Shown here in pieces: positions 28,454-38,417 of a stretch of 64,000 bases of DNA (the stretch's first letter is position 1; each line of letters opens with the position of its first letter). This stretch comes from Methanotrichaceae archaeon (GTDB lineage: Archaea > Halobacteriota > Methanosarcinia > Methanotrichales > Methanotrichaceae). The stretch covers positions 1-64,000 of the forward strand of contig CAWDLW010000042.1 of the NCBI GenBank assembly GCA_963803145.1, in the 5' to 3' direction. The position numbers and the translations under genes are program-made. The notes under the pieces are model-generated. The model was not told the DNA's origin. It ran no database searches and worked only from the letters and a program-made list of their open reading frames with translations.

Positions 28454-29240
28454 CCTTTCCGAACTCCGCTAGTGCCTCGCCACCACCTATGGCAAAGACA
28501 GAATCGCCAAGCATTATCATGCTCGCCATTCCGCCTGCCGCTTCAACCGCCTCGATTGCATCGAGTGCCCAATTGCTCGCGATGCCAATCTTGAAGGTGA
28601 AGCGCCTTGAGAGCCGCATGAACTCCTCCAGCGTCGGCTTAGCCAAAAGCTCCTTTAAACATGCCTTACCAGCGCTGTTGATCTCATTCATGGCCTTCTC
28701 GTCGGACAGAACTTCGCGCGTCGATATAGGCCCTCTGACGACGTAATTCACATTTAAGGCTGAAACGGGTATGCGATCGACGCGGCCTATTCCGGGCGCA
28801 CCCGGCTCAAGCCTCACAACAAGGCCGCCGGTGTTCTGGGCAATCACATCTCCGAGACCAGTCCTATTCACAACCTCTGCAGAGTGTGCTACGGCGGCGA
28901 CCTGATTTGCCATCATGCCCAAATCGAAGTGAGCATTCAGGGCGTAGGCGCATCCGAGCGCACCGGCACCGCTTGCGCCAAAGCCTGAGCCGAGAGGCAT
29001 ATCAAGCTGGGTCTTAACAGTTACTGGCGATTTCGCAAGCCTGTCGAGGACGTATCTGCTCACCGGCGCATCGGATAACTCTCCATTCAAGAAAATCTGC
29101 ATCTCATCCGATGGCTCGACGATCGTTGTCGCTCCCAGGGCCAAGTTGAGACCGCATCCTATCGAGCCGGAAAGCAGGGGGTCTTCCTGGCGCAATGCAG
29201 CAAAGAAACCAGTGATATGAGAGGGAACAAAGGCCTTCAT
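28410..29240 (-). CDS. Pantoate kinase (GHMP family)
   Basis: PSHITGFF, PLGSGFGASGA, TGLGDV. Confidence 0.93.
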   Translation of the reverse strand: MKAFVPSHITGFFAALRQEDPLLSGSIGCGLNLALGATTIVEPSDEMQIFLNGELSDAPVSRYVLDRLAKSPVTVKTQLDMPLGSGFGASGAGALGCAYALNAHFDLGMMANQVAAVAHSAEVVNRTGLGDVIAQNTGGLVVRLEPGAPGIGRVDRIPVSALNVNYVVRGPISTREVLSDEKAMNEINSAGKACLKELLAKPTLEEFMRLSRRFTFKIGIASNWALDAIEAVEAAGGMASMIMLGDSVFAIGGGEALAEFGKVGSTNVSHRGANLD

Positions 29241-30436
29241 TTCAACACCTCAGATAGCTTATCGATTATGCCCCTTGCTATAGCCATCTTTTTACCTTCA
29301 ACCCAGGTTTTGTTGCCTTTTCTATCGATTATCATAACTTTGTTCTCATCCGTGCCCATGCCCTTGGAGCCGATATCGTTTGCAACGACAGCATCGAGCC
29401 TTGACGCATACATGGACTGCTCTGCACGTTTTGCCAGTTCATCCTCAGAGACAAACGTCTCAGCCTTGAAGCCGATGATCACGAGGCGCGGATACGCATC
29501 CCTGACTGTTCGAATGATCTTCTTGGTGGGCTTGAGCCTCAGAACGAGATCCTGGCCGGACTTAATCTTTTCAGCATTTGGATCAAGGGTGTAATCTGCG
29601 ACTGCTGCAGCACTTATTAAAGCATCATAGCCTTTGGAAAGCTCATCCATAACTGCATCGAGCATCTCCATAGAGCTCTCCGCGTATATCTCGCGGAATG
29701 GCAGACCCTGTTTGAAGCGATGAACTATCGCAACATCTGCGCCTCTGCGGTAAGCCTCCAGAGCAATCTCTACCCCCGTTTTCCCCGAGGCGCGATTGGT
29801 AAGTATGCGAATTGGATCAATACGCTCTGCATTCGAGCCGCTTGTGATCAGGATTCTCTTGCCCGATAGGTCATTTTTGCCAAGAAGCCTTTCGACCTCG
29901 AGCACGATCCTTGAATTATCTGCTATCTTGGCCTTGTCTTCTTCGACTCTGGGATCTATTACAACAACTCCCATTGAGCGAAGAGCATCCATGTTTTTCA
30001 TGACGGCCGGATGGCAGTACATGGCCTCATGCATCGCAGGAACAACCATCACAGGCTTTCCGCTCCCAAGAGCAGTGGTCGCAAAGGTGGTAACGGGTGT
30101 ATCGTCTATCCCGCATGCCACCTTGCCGATTGTGTTTGCAGTCGCCGGGGCAATCAAAAGAAGATCTGCCGTTCCCCTGATGCCGCAGAATTGGACATGC
30201 TCTACTTTGCCTGTTATCTCAGTTATAACTGGACTACCGCTCGCATATTCAAGCGCAAACGGATGGAGGATCTGCCGTGCGGCAGGGCTCATGATGCAGC
30301 GCACATCCGCCCCACGACGGATCAGATCGCGGATCAGATCAATTACTCGAACGGCTGCAATGCTGCCCGTTACTCCTACTGCAATTATCTTGCCAGAAAG
30401 CGAATCGCTAACCACACCAGATATATCCGAAGGCAT
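29237..30436 (-). CDS. coaBC: Bifunctional phosphopantothenoylcysteine decarboxylase/synthase
   Basis: TGSIAA, PATANT, PAMHEAM, IDPIR..NRASGKTG, GFKAET. Confidence 0.95.
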   Translation of the reverse strand: MPSDISGVVSDSLSGKIIAVGVTGSIAAVRVIDLIRDLIRRGADVRCIMSPAARQILHPFALEYASGSPVITEITGKVEHVQFCGIRGTADLLLIAPATANTIGKVACGIDDTPVTTFATTALGSGKPVMVVPAMHEAMYCHPAVMKNMDALRSMGVVVIDPRVEEDKAKIADNSRIVLEVERLLGKNDLSGKRILITSGSNAERIDPIRILTNRASGKTGVEIALEAYRRGADVAIVHRFKQGLPFREIYAESSMEMLDAVMDELSKGYDALISAAAVADYTLDPNAEKIKSGQDLVLRLKPTKKIIRTVRDAYPRLVIIGFKAETFVSEDELAKRAEQSMYASRLDAVVANDIGSKGMGTDENKVMIIDRKGNKTWVEGKKMAIARGIIDKLSEVLK

Positions 30437-30530
30437 AAAGGTTCATGAGGGATGTGGGGATATCACTTAAAAAGGTTACCTGGAAGGAGCACAAACCTTA
30501 TTTAACAAATCATCTGAGAAAGAATGCCAT

Positions 30531-30632
30531 GCCGGGGTGGCCTAGCTGGTTAGGGCGCGAGACTCATAGGGTAATATAGATATCCGCGCCTGAGACATCT
30601 CGAAGTCGCGGGCTCGAATCCCGTCCCCGGCA
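30531..30632 (+). tRNA. tRNA-Met(CAT), elongator type, with a 28-nt intron (30569-30596)
   Basis: Acceptor GCCGGGG/CCCCGGC, anticodon stem CGAGA/TCTCG, anticodon CAT at 30565-30567. Confidence 0.92.
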
Positions 30633-30906
30633 CCTTCTTACCAGTAATTTGGAAAACAAAGCTCGATTTTATGGATGAAAAATACAATTTTGTATAATGC
30701 CTTTAGATCGGCGATCTTCCTATTCTTGAGGGTCCCCCAAGCCATGAGGGGAGGTAGTCCAGGCAGGGCAAAGCTTGAAGCCAAGGCGATCATAAGAATC
30801 TGGCAGGAGTTTGAAATGCAGCACTATATGGGCTCGAGGACAGGAATGAATTTTGAATATATTTTTGCAAAGAGGTCCATTGCGCACATATGAGGAGATG
30901 AACAAT

Positions 30907-31731
30907 ATGAGAAAATATGCTATATTATTGATATACACCTTAATTGTGACCTCCCTTACGATCCAGCCGATCATCGTTGAAGCTAAGAGCAATGAAAGGC
31001 AAAGTGATGCAAACTATCAGAATTACATCGCGAAATCTTATGACAGCAGCGATATTTCTTCATATGATGATAACAATTTTTTAAATAAAACCGGAAAAAA
31101 TATGTCGCAAGAAAGAGAACAAATGGCGGAGCGGCTAATGGGCAGAGTCAATAATCGCACGATCTCTGCCATGAAGAGTGTACCGAGAGAGCTGTTTGTG
31201 CCAGCGGACCAGCGCTTGCGAGCTTATGATGATACTCCTCTGCCTATCGGTCTTGGCCAGACGATCTCATCGCCTGACATTGTTGCCGAGATGTGCAATT
31301 TGCTGGATCTGCAAGATGGCATGAATGTATTGGATATAGGTGGTGGAAGCGGCTATCATGCTGCCGTTATAGCAAATCTGGTAGGGCCGAAAGGGCATGT
31401 TTACTCAGTAGAGCGCATTCATGAATTGGCGGTCCAGGAGAGAGAGAACTTGAAACAAGCCGGAGTAACCAACGTCGTTGTGATTGAAGGAGATGGAAGC
31501 CTTGGACTCCCGAAATATGCGCCTTATGACAGGATCAATGCAGCCGCCTGCGCACCGCAAATTCCCGAAGCGCTCAAGCAGCAGCTAAAGATAGGCGGAA
31601 AGATGATTCTCCCTGCGGGCAAGGTCGTACAAGCTCTTTACCTCGTAACAAGAACGGGTGAGAAACGCTTCGTGATCGATGATGAGATGAGGGTGGCCTT
31701 TGTGCCCCTCGTGGGAGAGAACGGCTTTTAG
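30907..31731 (+). CDS. pcm: Protein-L-isoaspartate O-methyltransferase with an N-terminal signal-like extension
   Basis: VPRELF, AYDDTPLPIGLGQTIS, VLDIGGGSGY, GDGSLG, APYDRI, FVPLVG. Confidence 0.9.
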   Translation: MRKYAILLIYTLIVTSLTIQPIIVEAKSNERQSDANYQNYIAKSYDSSDISSYDDNNFLNKTGKNMSQEREQMAERLMGRVNNRTISAMKSVPRELFVPADQRLRAYDDTPLPIGLGQTISSPDIVAEMCNLLDLQDGMNVLDIGGGSGYHAAVIANLVGPKGHVYSVERIHELAVQERENLKQAGVTNVVVIEGDGSLGLPKYAPYDRINAAACAPQIPEALKQQLKIGGKMILPAGKVVQALYLVTRTGEKRFVIDDEMRVAFVPLVGENGF

Positions 31732-31878
31732 AGAATAAGCTGAAAAATAGATTGAGTTTTACAACAATCCTGTAATAAGAAATGCCTTTTAAAAGACCTA
31801 TATAAAAAGGTGTTAGCATAGAGCCATCCAGCGCATATCCTGCAGCTGCGGGTAAAAATAAGACTGGTTTTGCTCCTC

Positions 31879-32577
31879 CTATTTAGCCGCTGACTTCTTC
31901 ATCTGCTCCACCATTTCATTCATTCCCTTTTGATAGTCCTCCTCTGACATCAGCTTCTGGCTCACAGCTCTTTGGAGCTCATCGGATATCCTGCCCTCTT
32001 TTACAAGCTGCCTTCCCGCCTCTTTTGCAGCCTTGAAGACATTATCTAAAACGGCCTTTCCAATGCCATCCATCAAATGTCGCATTGGTTCTGCGCCGGG
32101 TCGCAGGAGTGCTCCTGCGAATTCAGATCTTCCATCAGGGCTTGCATAAATTGCTTTCATCTGGGCAAGAATGGGATCGAACATGGATGTATCCCAGGAC
32201 CCGCTGGAGGAGACAAGAACGATCTTCTGTTTCTTGGCTGCCATTTCTCCTGACATGTGAAGCGGCAGCTGTCTATCCATCAGGTTCTTGAGAGGACCAG
32301 TAATACCAGCGTAGTATACTGGGCTAGCCCAAACAATGACATCGGCCTCTTTAATCTTAGGGAGAAGCATCTGCATATCATCATTTTGTCCGCACTTTCC
32401 AGGATTCTTGTACCAGCAGCTCATATCTCCATTGCAAGGTCCTATTTTCATCTTCCTGGTGTAGTAGACTTCAACATTAGCGCCAGCTTCCCTCATTCCA
32501 TCCAAGAACTGATTCAGGATCATAGCTGTGTTTCCCTCATCCATATGTGGACTACCGTTAATTGCTATAACATTCAT
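31879..32577 (-). CDS. Iron-sulfur flavoprotein-like / NADPH-dependent FMN reductase family
   Basis: GSPH..GNT, C.GD.SC......C...DDM, ASPVY, LKNLMDR. Confidence 0.85.
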   Translation of the reverse strand: MNVIAINGSPHMDEGNTAMILNQFLDGMREAGANVEVYYTRKMKIGPCNGDMSCWYKNPGKCGQNDDMQMLLPKIKEADVIVWASPVYYAGITGPLKNLMDRQLPLHMSGEMAAKKQKIVLVSSSGSWDTSMFDPILAQMKAIYASPDGRSEFAGALLRPGAEPMRHLMDGIGKAVLDNVFKAAKEAGRQLVKEGRISDELQRAVSQKLMSEEDYQKGMNEMVEQMKKSAAK

Positions 32578-32774
32578 TATGTATTCTCCTTGACTGTTGC
32601 TAGGTTTGATGTTGCATAAATCTTTTGAGCCAGATGAACATCTCCCTTGAGGCCGAGCTGGGCGTTGAAGGGCCCAGAGCGGAGAGAAAAAGGGGGCGGC
32701 CGAAGTCCATTCCTTGCTCGTTTTATTCTGTTATCAGGCAAAGTTGGCAATAGTTCTTATATTACGACTCGTCT

Positions 32775-33629
32775 TTGGCCACCATTAGAGAAACAATGAA
32801 GATAGATGCCAAAAAGATCGCTATAAATGGTACTGAACTCAAGTACATAGAGCGAGGCAGTGGTATTCCGGTTATCTTCGTTCACGGAAGCCTCAATGAT
32901 TTTCGTACCTGGGCCTTTCAAATGGGACCCTTCTCAAAGTGCTATCATACTATAGCAATCAGTCGGCGTTATCATTACCCCAGTGATCTCATGGATGTCG
33001 GGTGGGATTATTCTGCCATTAATCACGCAGAAGATCTGGCGGAGTTAATCGAAAAGCTAGGGCTCGCGCCTGTACATATCGTTGGTCATTCATATGGAGG
33101 TTACGCTTGTGCAATCCTGGCAGTCCAACATCCGGAGCTTGTACGCACATTGGTCCTATGCGAGCCGCCGATAGTTCCCTTGCTTGACGCAGTTCCAGGA
33201 GGAAAATCAATTGTCTCCAATTTCATGGACCAGATCTGGAAGCCTGTAGAAGAAGCGTTCGGGAAGGATGATTTAGAGAACGGAGTAAGGTTGTTTATAG
33301 ATGGAATACAGGGAGCGGGCACCTTTGATAAACTTCCACCAGCAGTTCTCGATATGATTATGGACAATGCGTCCGCTATGAAGGCCCAGGCGATTGCAAT
33401 AAATCAGTATCCGGCGTTTAGTTGCCAGGATGCACAAAGAATAGAGAAGCCGGTACTTCTGGTGAAAGGGGAAAATAGCTATAAAATGCTCCATACCATT
33501 TTGGAGGAGCTAAAACGCTGTCTACAAAATAGCAAGATAGCTATGATTCCTGGTGCATCTCATAATATGCATGTTGCCAATCCAAATGCATTTAATGAGG
33601 CAGTACTTGATTTCCTAGCCCAGACGTGA
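32775..33629 (+). CDS. Alpha/beta hydrolase
   Basis: FVHGS, GHSYGG nucleophile elbow, C-terminal His; start may be 32796. Confidence 0.9.
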   Translation: MATIRETMKIDAKKIAINGTELKYIERGSGIPVIFVHGSLNDFRTWAFQMGPFSKCYHTIAISRRYHYPSDLMDVGWDYSAINHAEDLAELIEKLGLAPVHIVGHSYGGYACAILAVQHPELVRTLVLCEPPIVPLLDAVPGGKSIVSNFMDQIWKPVEEAFGKDDLENGVRLFIDGIQGAGTFDKLPPAVLDMIMDNASAMKAQAIAINQYPAFSCQDAQRIEKPVLLVKGENSYKMLHTILEELKRCLQNSKIAMIPGASHNMHVANPNAFNEAVLDFLAQT

Positions 33630-33827
33630 TCTGAACCTCGATGCTTGTATGACATCTATGAATTCTCAATAATGAAAATAGTCCCAGGATAGGAGCCATT
33701 TTCGTACAAACGTATGGAGGATTATGTGACTAAGGCCCTTGAATAGGTGATCTGAACAAATTAAGATCTTAACCTGTTAACGCCCGAAACAAACAATTAG
33801 TCCTGATATAAAGAGATCAGTCCAACC

Positions 33828-34340
33828 ATGTGCACCCTGTCCCCAAACAATCTTGGATCCTCAATCTCCATACGGCATGAGCTCCATCCAGGCGATGTTG
33901 GCTATATAACCTATCTCCATGGCACAATCTATGCCGAGGAGCAGGGATTCGACAATACCTTTGATGCTTATGTTGCGATCCCTCTATCCGAGTTTTCGAA
34001 ATCGCGTTCACATCGCGAACGCATCTGGATCGTTGAAAAGGAGGGGAAGATAGTAGGCTCAGAAGCCATCGTTAAGTTCTCGGAAAGCGAGGCGCAGCTC
34101 AGGTGGCTGCTGCTTGACAGAAGCATAAGAGGCATTGGCCTTGGGCGGCAGCTGGTAGATGAGGCTTTGAAGTTCAGCTTGGATGCTGGATATTCGTATG
34201 TGTTTCTTTGGACTGTTAAGGCGCTCGTAGTAGCTACCAAACTTTATGAATCCTTTGGATTCAGGAAGGCTCAAGAGGAGACTCATGAGATTTGGGGCGG
34301 CATTATTACCGAAGTTAGGTATGAATTGGGGTTGAAATGA
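33828..34340 (+). CDS. GNAT acetyltransferase
   Basis: AQLRWLL...RGIGLG, A.KLYESFGF. Confidence 0.88.
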   Translation: MCTLSPNNLGSSISIRHELHPGDVGYITYLHGTIYAEEQGFDNTFDAYVAIPLSEFSKSRSHRERIWIVEKEGKIVGSEAIVKFSESEAQLRWLLLDRSIRGIGLGRQLVDEALKFSLDAGYSYVFLWTVKALVVATKLYESFGFRKAQEETHEIWGGIITEVRYELGLK

Positions 34341-34813
34341 TTATTCCGAGATCTCTTTATATTAGACTCGATCATAATGCCAGCCCAACCTCTCGCATAA
34401 AAATCATTCCTTTATGTCTTCATGCCTCCCTATGAAAAAATCATATTGCGCATCGATTTTTCATACTTAGGGCACGATTCATAGAATCATGAGGATTTTG
34501 TAGTGAATTTAGTTTTGTTTCGTTACAACCATTCGAGCGAGGTTCAACCATAAAGAACATAAAGGACGCGTAAAGGATATTTTCTGTATAGCTGGATATT
34601 ACCAGGAAGGGATTTAGTACCAATTTCAACCTCTATTCTTAATCGCCCTATTTGCAGGGCAAAACAGATTAACTTGTAATATGTAATTAGGATAAGAGGC
34701 AAAACGCCTTGATTAAGGCCGAAGCCTCTATCTGCCTGGAGGTTCATTATTGTCCCTCCTACATCGCCTCCGGGCAGCACAATTTTCACTCTGTATTCGC
34801 GAGTCTCACAGTT

Positions 34814-35368
34814 TCAAGATTCGTCGATTTTTGCTAGACAATAACTGCAATCTTCGCGCATTAAGCATGAACTGCATTTTCTCTTTGAATTATGGTTCCT
34901 TGTGGGATGGCCTCCATTCCAGCACATCCTCATTTCCTCAACAGTTGACAGCAGATCTTTCCTGAGTGCATCATCGAACTTAATCAAGTGCTGTTTTCCA
35001 TCGCCGTATACTAATATCCCGTAGGGAACAGTCTTGCTGTAGGTCTCCTCGATAAGAAGGCAGTAGGCTGCCAGCTGCAGCACATGGCCCCTGTGAGGTT
35101 GCTTCGCGCGTCCGCTTTTTAGCTCCACAGGTATGAGCACATTATCCTTGTCTTTGATTATGTAGTCGGGCTTGCCTGAGATCCCAAATCGCTTGGAGAA
35201 CAGAGGCTTTGCAGGCCTAACCAAGTCTGAGTATATCACCTTTCCATCATGAATACCATATTTTCTTCTAGTAGATTCAATAGCTGAGGACTTCCTTCTG
35301 GCAAAGGCATAAAATATCAGCGCTAAGGCAAATAGCAGCACAATCAAATATAAGATCGTACCAACCAC
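34814..35368 (-). CDS. Solo Cas4-like PD-(D/E)xK nuclease, C-terminal part, with N-terminal TM helix
   Basis: GKPDY, PVELK, QLAAY, CSSCLMREDC; hydrophobic N-terminus followed by RRK. Confidence 0.85.
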   Translation of the reverse strand: MVGTILYLIVLLFALALIFYAFARRKSSAIESTRRKYGIHDGKVIYSDLVRPAKPLFSKRFGISGKPDYIIKDKDNVLIPVELKSGRAKQPHRGHVLQLAAYCLLIEETYSKTVPYGILVYGDGKQHLIKFDDALRKDLLSTVEEMRMCWNGGHPTRNHNSKRKCSSCLMREDCSYCLAKIDES

Positions 35369-35628
35369 CCGAATGCAGCTAAGGCGCCTATAAGCATCAG
35401 ATATTCCAGAATGCGTACTATCCTAAGAGACCTCTCCTGACTTTGAACCTGCAGTAGCCTCTTACCAGCCTCGATATGCTCGTATCTGCCCCTTTCAAGG
35501 CTGGGGGATTCCGGTATGCCGTCACACCTCTCAAGGTACCAGGCAACTGGACAATAAGCGTATTGCGATATCTCCGATGCTGTAATAACATCTCTTTTTG
35601 TGCCTCTTCTCATTGTGATCCCGCTCAA
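35344..35628 (-). CDS. Cas4-like N-terminal part with C-terminal TM helix
   Basis: ITASEISQYAYCPVAWYL...RGRYEH, then a hydrophobic helix. Confidence 0.8.
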   Translation of the reverse strand: MSGITMRRGTKRDVITASEISQYAYCPVAWYLERCDGIPESPSLERGRYEHIEAGKRLLQVQSQERSLRIVRILEYLMLIGALAAFGWLVRSYI

Positions 35629-35713
35629 AGCGATTAGTATACAATAGCTCGTGGCCTAAAACAGTCTATGATCCGATAAGAGATATTAATGATCTGTTTC
35701 ATCTCCATCTTGA

Positions 35714-36739
35714 ATGTCGGGTTATCAAATGCAAGCCGGATCATTGGGCGTAAAGGTGCAGAGAGGCTGCGGCGAGAGATTTCGCCGCGCTTTGATAGAG
35801 CTTGAGCTTTTTGATCGTAATCGCAGGATTACATCCGATGAAAGCCACATCTATCTTCCAGTCTTACCGCTAAACAAGGATGCACAAAGCACGCTTCTGG
35901 AAATCGGAGACTTCGAGATAATTGAAGCTGACTTTAAGCCTGAAGATCGCATACTGAGCCCGGAGGACATACTGGGATACAAGCCCAGCTTTGAGGTCGT
36001 GGGTGATATCGCCATTGTAGAGGCTGAAAACGCCGAAAAGGCGGAAGAGGTTGCAGATGTGCTGATGTCCCTTTACAAAAGCATAAAGACTGTCATCGCC
36101 CCCATATCTGATGTCGAGGGAGAGTTCAGAACACGCAGGTTCAGGCATGTTGCAGGACAATTAGGTACTACAACCGTTCACAGGGAGCACGGCCTGAGAT
36201 ACTGCATCGATCTTGAGGGTGCTTACTTCAGCCCAAGACTTGGAACTGAGCGGCTCAGAGTCGCACGGCAAATCCATTCAGCCGATATCGTGCTTGACAT
36301 GTTTGCAGGTGTTGGGCCATTTGCTCTTCTTATCGCAAAAAAGGGCGCAAAGGTCATAGCCATCGATAAGAACCCCGTGGCTGTGAGATGCCTTAGAGAG
36401 AATGCTCGATTGAACAAAGTCCAGGCAGAAATCCTTGAAGGCGATGCCGCAGAGCTGGCATCGAGGTATGAGAATACGGCAGATCATGTCATCATGAATC
36501 TTCCCCACAGCGCATCTCGATTTCTGGCACCTGCTATAAAAGCCGTAAAAGCGGCGGGGGGGGTGGTGCATTATTACAGCATAGCATCCGTTGAAGATCT
36601 TTATGCAGATGCGGAGTTGATTAAAAAGGCTACGTCAAGTATTGGCGCTTCTGCGGAGATCTTATATCGAGGCATTGTGAGAAGTTATGCCCCAAGAAAA
36701 TACAATATAGTAATGGATTTCAGACTAATCAAGCCATAA
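35714..36739 (+). CDS. Trm5/Met-10-like tRNA methyltransferase
   Basis: VGDIAI, YFSPRLGTER, DMFAGVGPF, IMNLP. Confidence 0.88.
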   Translation: MSGYQMQAGSLGVKVQRGCGERFRRALIELELFDRNRRITSDESHIYLPVLPLNKDAQSTLLEIGDFEIIEADFKPEDRILSPEDILGYKPSFEVVGDIAIVEAENAEKAEEVADVLMSLYKSIKTVIAPISDVEGEFRTRRFRHVAGQLGTTTVHREHGLRYCIDLEGAYFSPRLGTERLRVARQIHSADIVLDMFAGVGPFALLIAKKGAKVIAIDKNPVAVRCLRENARLNKVQAEILEGDAAELASRYENTADHVIMNLPHSASRFLAPAIKAVKAAGGVVHYYSIASVEDLYADAELIKKATSSIGASAEILYRGIVRSYAPRKYNIVMDFRLIKP

Positions 36740-36796
36740 TCAGCCAAGAGCTATTATCGTAAAATTTATATTCAATGAGCATAGTATTAGTATTAA

Positions 36797-36856
36797 TAGC
36801 AAAAGTCGTCCGATTTTAGATAGTCTCCCTCCTACATCCCTTAACGACTTTTGCTA
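36797..36856 (+). ncRNA. Small hairpin RNA with anti-SD-like loop, family copy B
   Basis: TATA TTTATATT (36765-36772); perfect 13-bp stem TAGCAAAAGTCGT/ACGACTTTTGCTA; loop contains AGTCTCCCTCCTACATCCC. Confidence 0.62.
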
Positions 36857-36976
36857 ATACATATTATATACGTCTATTTAGTATTCGCAACCAATCGATG
36901 CTTCAGATAAGTTATGGATAGACAAGTTTTGGATGATCACATTAAATTAATTTAGGATCATTTCCAAGTTATAACT

Positions 36977-38320
36977 ATGAATAGTTTGAAACTTATTCCA
37001 TATACATTCCTTCTTACAGCGGTTCTTTTGGCGATAACCATCTACCTAAATCCTGCCACTGCATTAAGCGCAACAGCAAATGCATCTATCCCGCCAGGTC
37101 TCGAGAAGATAGAGCATTTCGTATTCATTATGCAAGAGAACCGCGCCTTTGATCATTACTTCGGGACCTATCCTGGAGCAGAAGGACTCTCACAGGGCAT
37201 ATGCCTGTCTGATCCCGTCGGCGGAGGATGTGTGGCACCTTACCATGACACGAACGATGTTAACCGCGGTGGTCCGCACGGGTGGGATAATGCCTGGGCA
37301 GATATCGATGGCGGCAAGATGGATGGATTTGTGGCGCAGGCCTACAAGGGCATAAGCGCAAAAGGCAGTGAGCCTTGTCTGCCTCCATCGCCCGACTGCA
37401 CCCCGGGCAGAAATCCCAGGGATGTAATGGGATATCACGATTACCATGAGATCCCCAACTACTGGAACTACGCACGCCTTTACGTTTTGCAGGACCATAT
37501 GTTTGAGTCCGTTGCATCTTATAGCCTTCCTGCCCATCTTTACATGCTCACAGCTCAGAGCGGAGGCTATACAGGAGCGGATAAGCAGCCAATGCCCTCG
37601 ACCTACAACTTCTCCGAAATAACTGAGCTTCTTACCAGCGACAAGATAGACTGGAAATATTACGTGACCTCGGGAAAGCTGCCGGATACCGAGGATGACC
37701 ATGTTGTGGGAAGCAAGGCACAGCAGGAGCAGGATCCTCATAAATACACTTTTTGGAATCCACTACCAGCATTTCCTAAGGTCAGGAATGATCCCGGACA
37801 AAATAGCAGGCTTGTGGACACATCGCAGTTCTATGAGGACGCGAGAAAAGGAACCCTTCCCCAGGTGAGTTGGATTATACCCTCGGGCAATGTCAGTGAG
37901 CATCCGCCTGCGGGAGTACGTGAGGGGATGGCCTATGTGACTGGCCTAGTAAATGCAGTTATGGAAGGTCCGGAATGGAACACAACTGCCATATTCATAA
38001 GCTGGGATGATTGGGGAGGATTCTACGATCATGTGCCTCCGCCGAAGGTTGATACTTATGGCTATGGCATAAGGGTTCCGGGATTGGTTATAAGCCCATA
38101 TGCCAAGCGGGGCCATATCGATAAGCACGTTTATTCCTTCGAATCCTGGCTGAAGATCGTGGAGGAACGGTTTGGCGTTAGTCCGATGACCGCTCGGGAT
38201 ACTACAGCTGGAGATATGCTCGATGCTTTCGACTTCAGCCAGAAGCCACGACCGCCCATAATCCTGAACGCAACTCGTGAGGGAACGCCATATCCTCTGC
38301 CTTTGAAGACGCTAAAGTAG
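36977..38320 (+). CDS. Secreted phosphoesterase (phospholipase C/AcpA family)
   Basis: Signal peptide, [31 protein letters not shown]. Confidence 0.9.
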   Translation: MNSLKLIPYTFLLTAVLLAITIYLNPATALSATANASIPPGLEKIEHFVFIMQENRAFDHYFGTYPGAEGLSQGICLSDPVGGGCVAPYHDTNDVNRGGPHGWDNAWADIDGGKMDGFVAQAYKGISAKGSEPCLPPSPDCTPGRNPRDVMGYHDYHEIPNYWNYARLYVLQDHMFESVASYSLPAHLYMLTAQSGGYTGADKQPMPSTYNFSEITELLTSDKIDWKYYVTSGKLPDTEDDHVVGSKAQQEQDPHKYTFWNPLPAFPKVRNDPGQNSRLVDTSQFYEDARKGTLPQVSWIIPSGNVSEHPPAGVREGMAYVTGLVNAVMEGPEWNTTAIFISWDDWGGFYDHVPPPKVDTYGYGIRVPGLVISPYAKRGHIDKHVYSFESWLKIVEERFGVSPMTARDTTAGDMLDAFDFSQKPRPPIILNATREGTPYPLPLKTLK

Positions 38321-38417
38321 GAGCTATACAGTTGAATTATATGTTGCCATTTTGGCGGAATAAAATTGATTAACCTCAGCTAACTTAAATGTAGCTTCTA
38401 TAGAGATGGCAGGATCT

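Noticed and set aside
29796-30470. Long antisense ORFs (also 50313-51035, 58323-59054 and others)
   Set aside because: Shadow frames of well-supported genes on the opposite strand.
34380-34813. CRISPR array next to the Cas4-like genes
   Set aside because: No direct repeats found; the region looks like unresolved degraded sequence.
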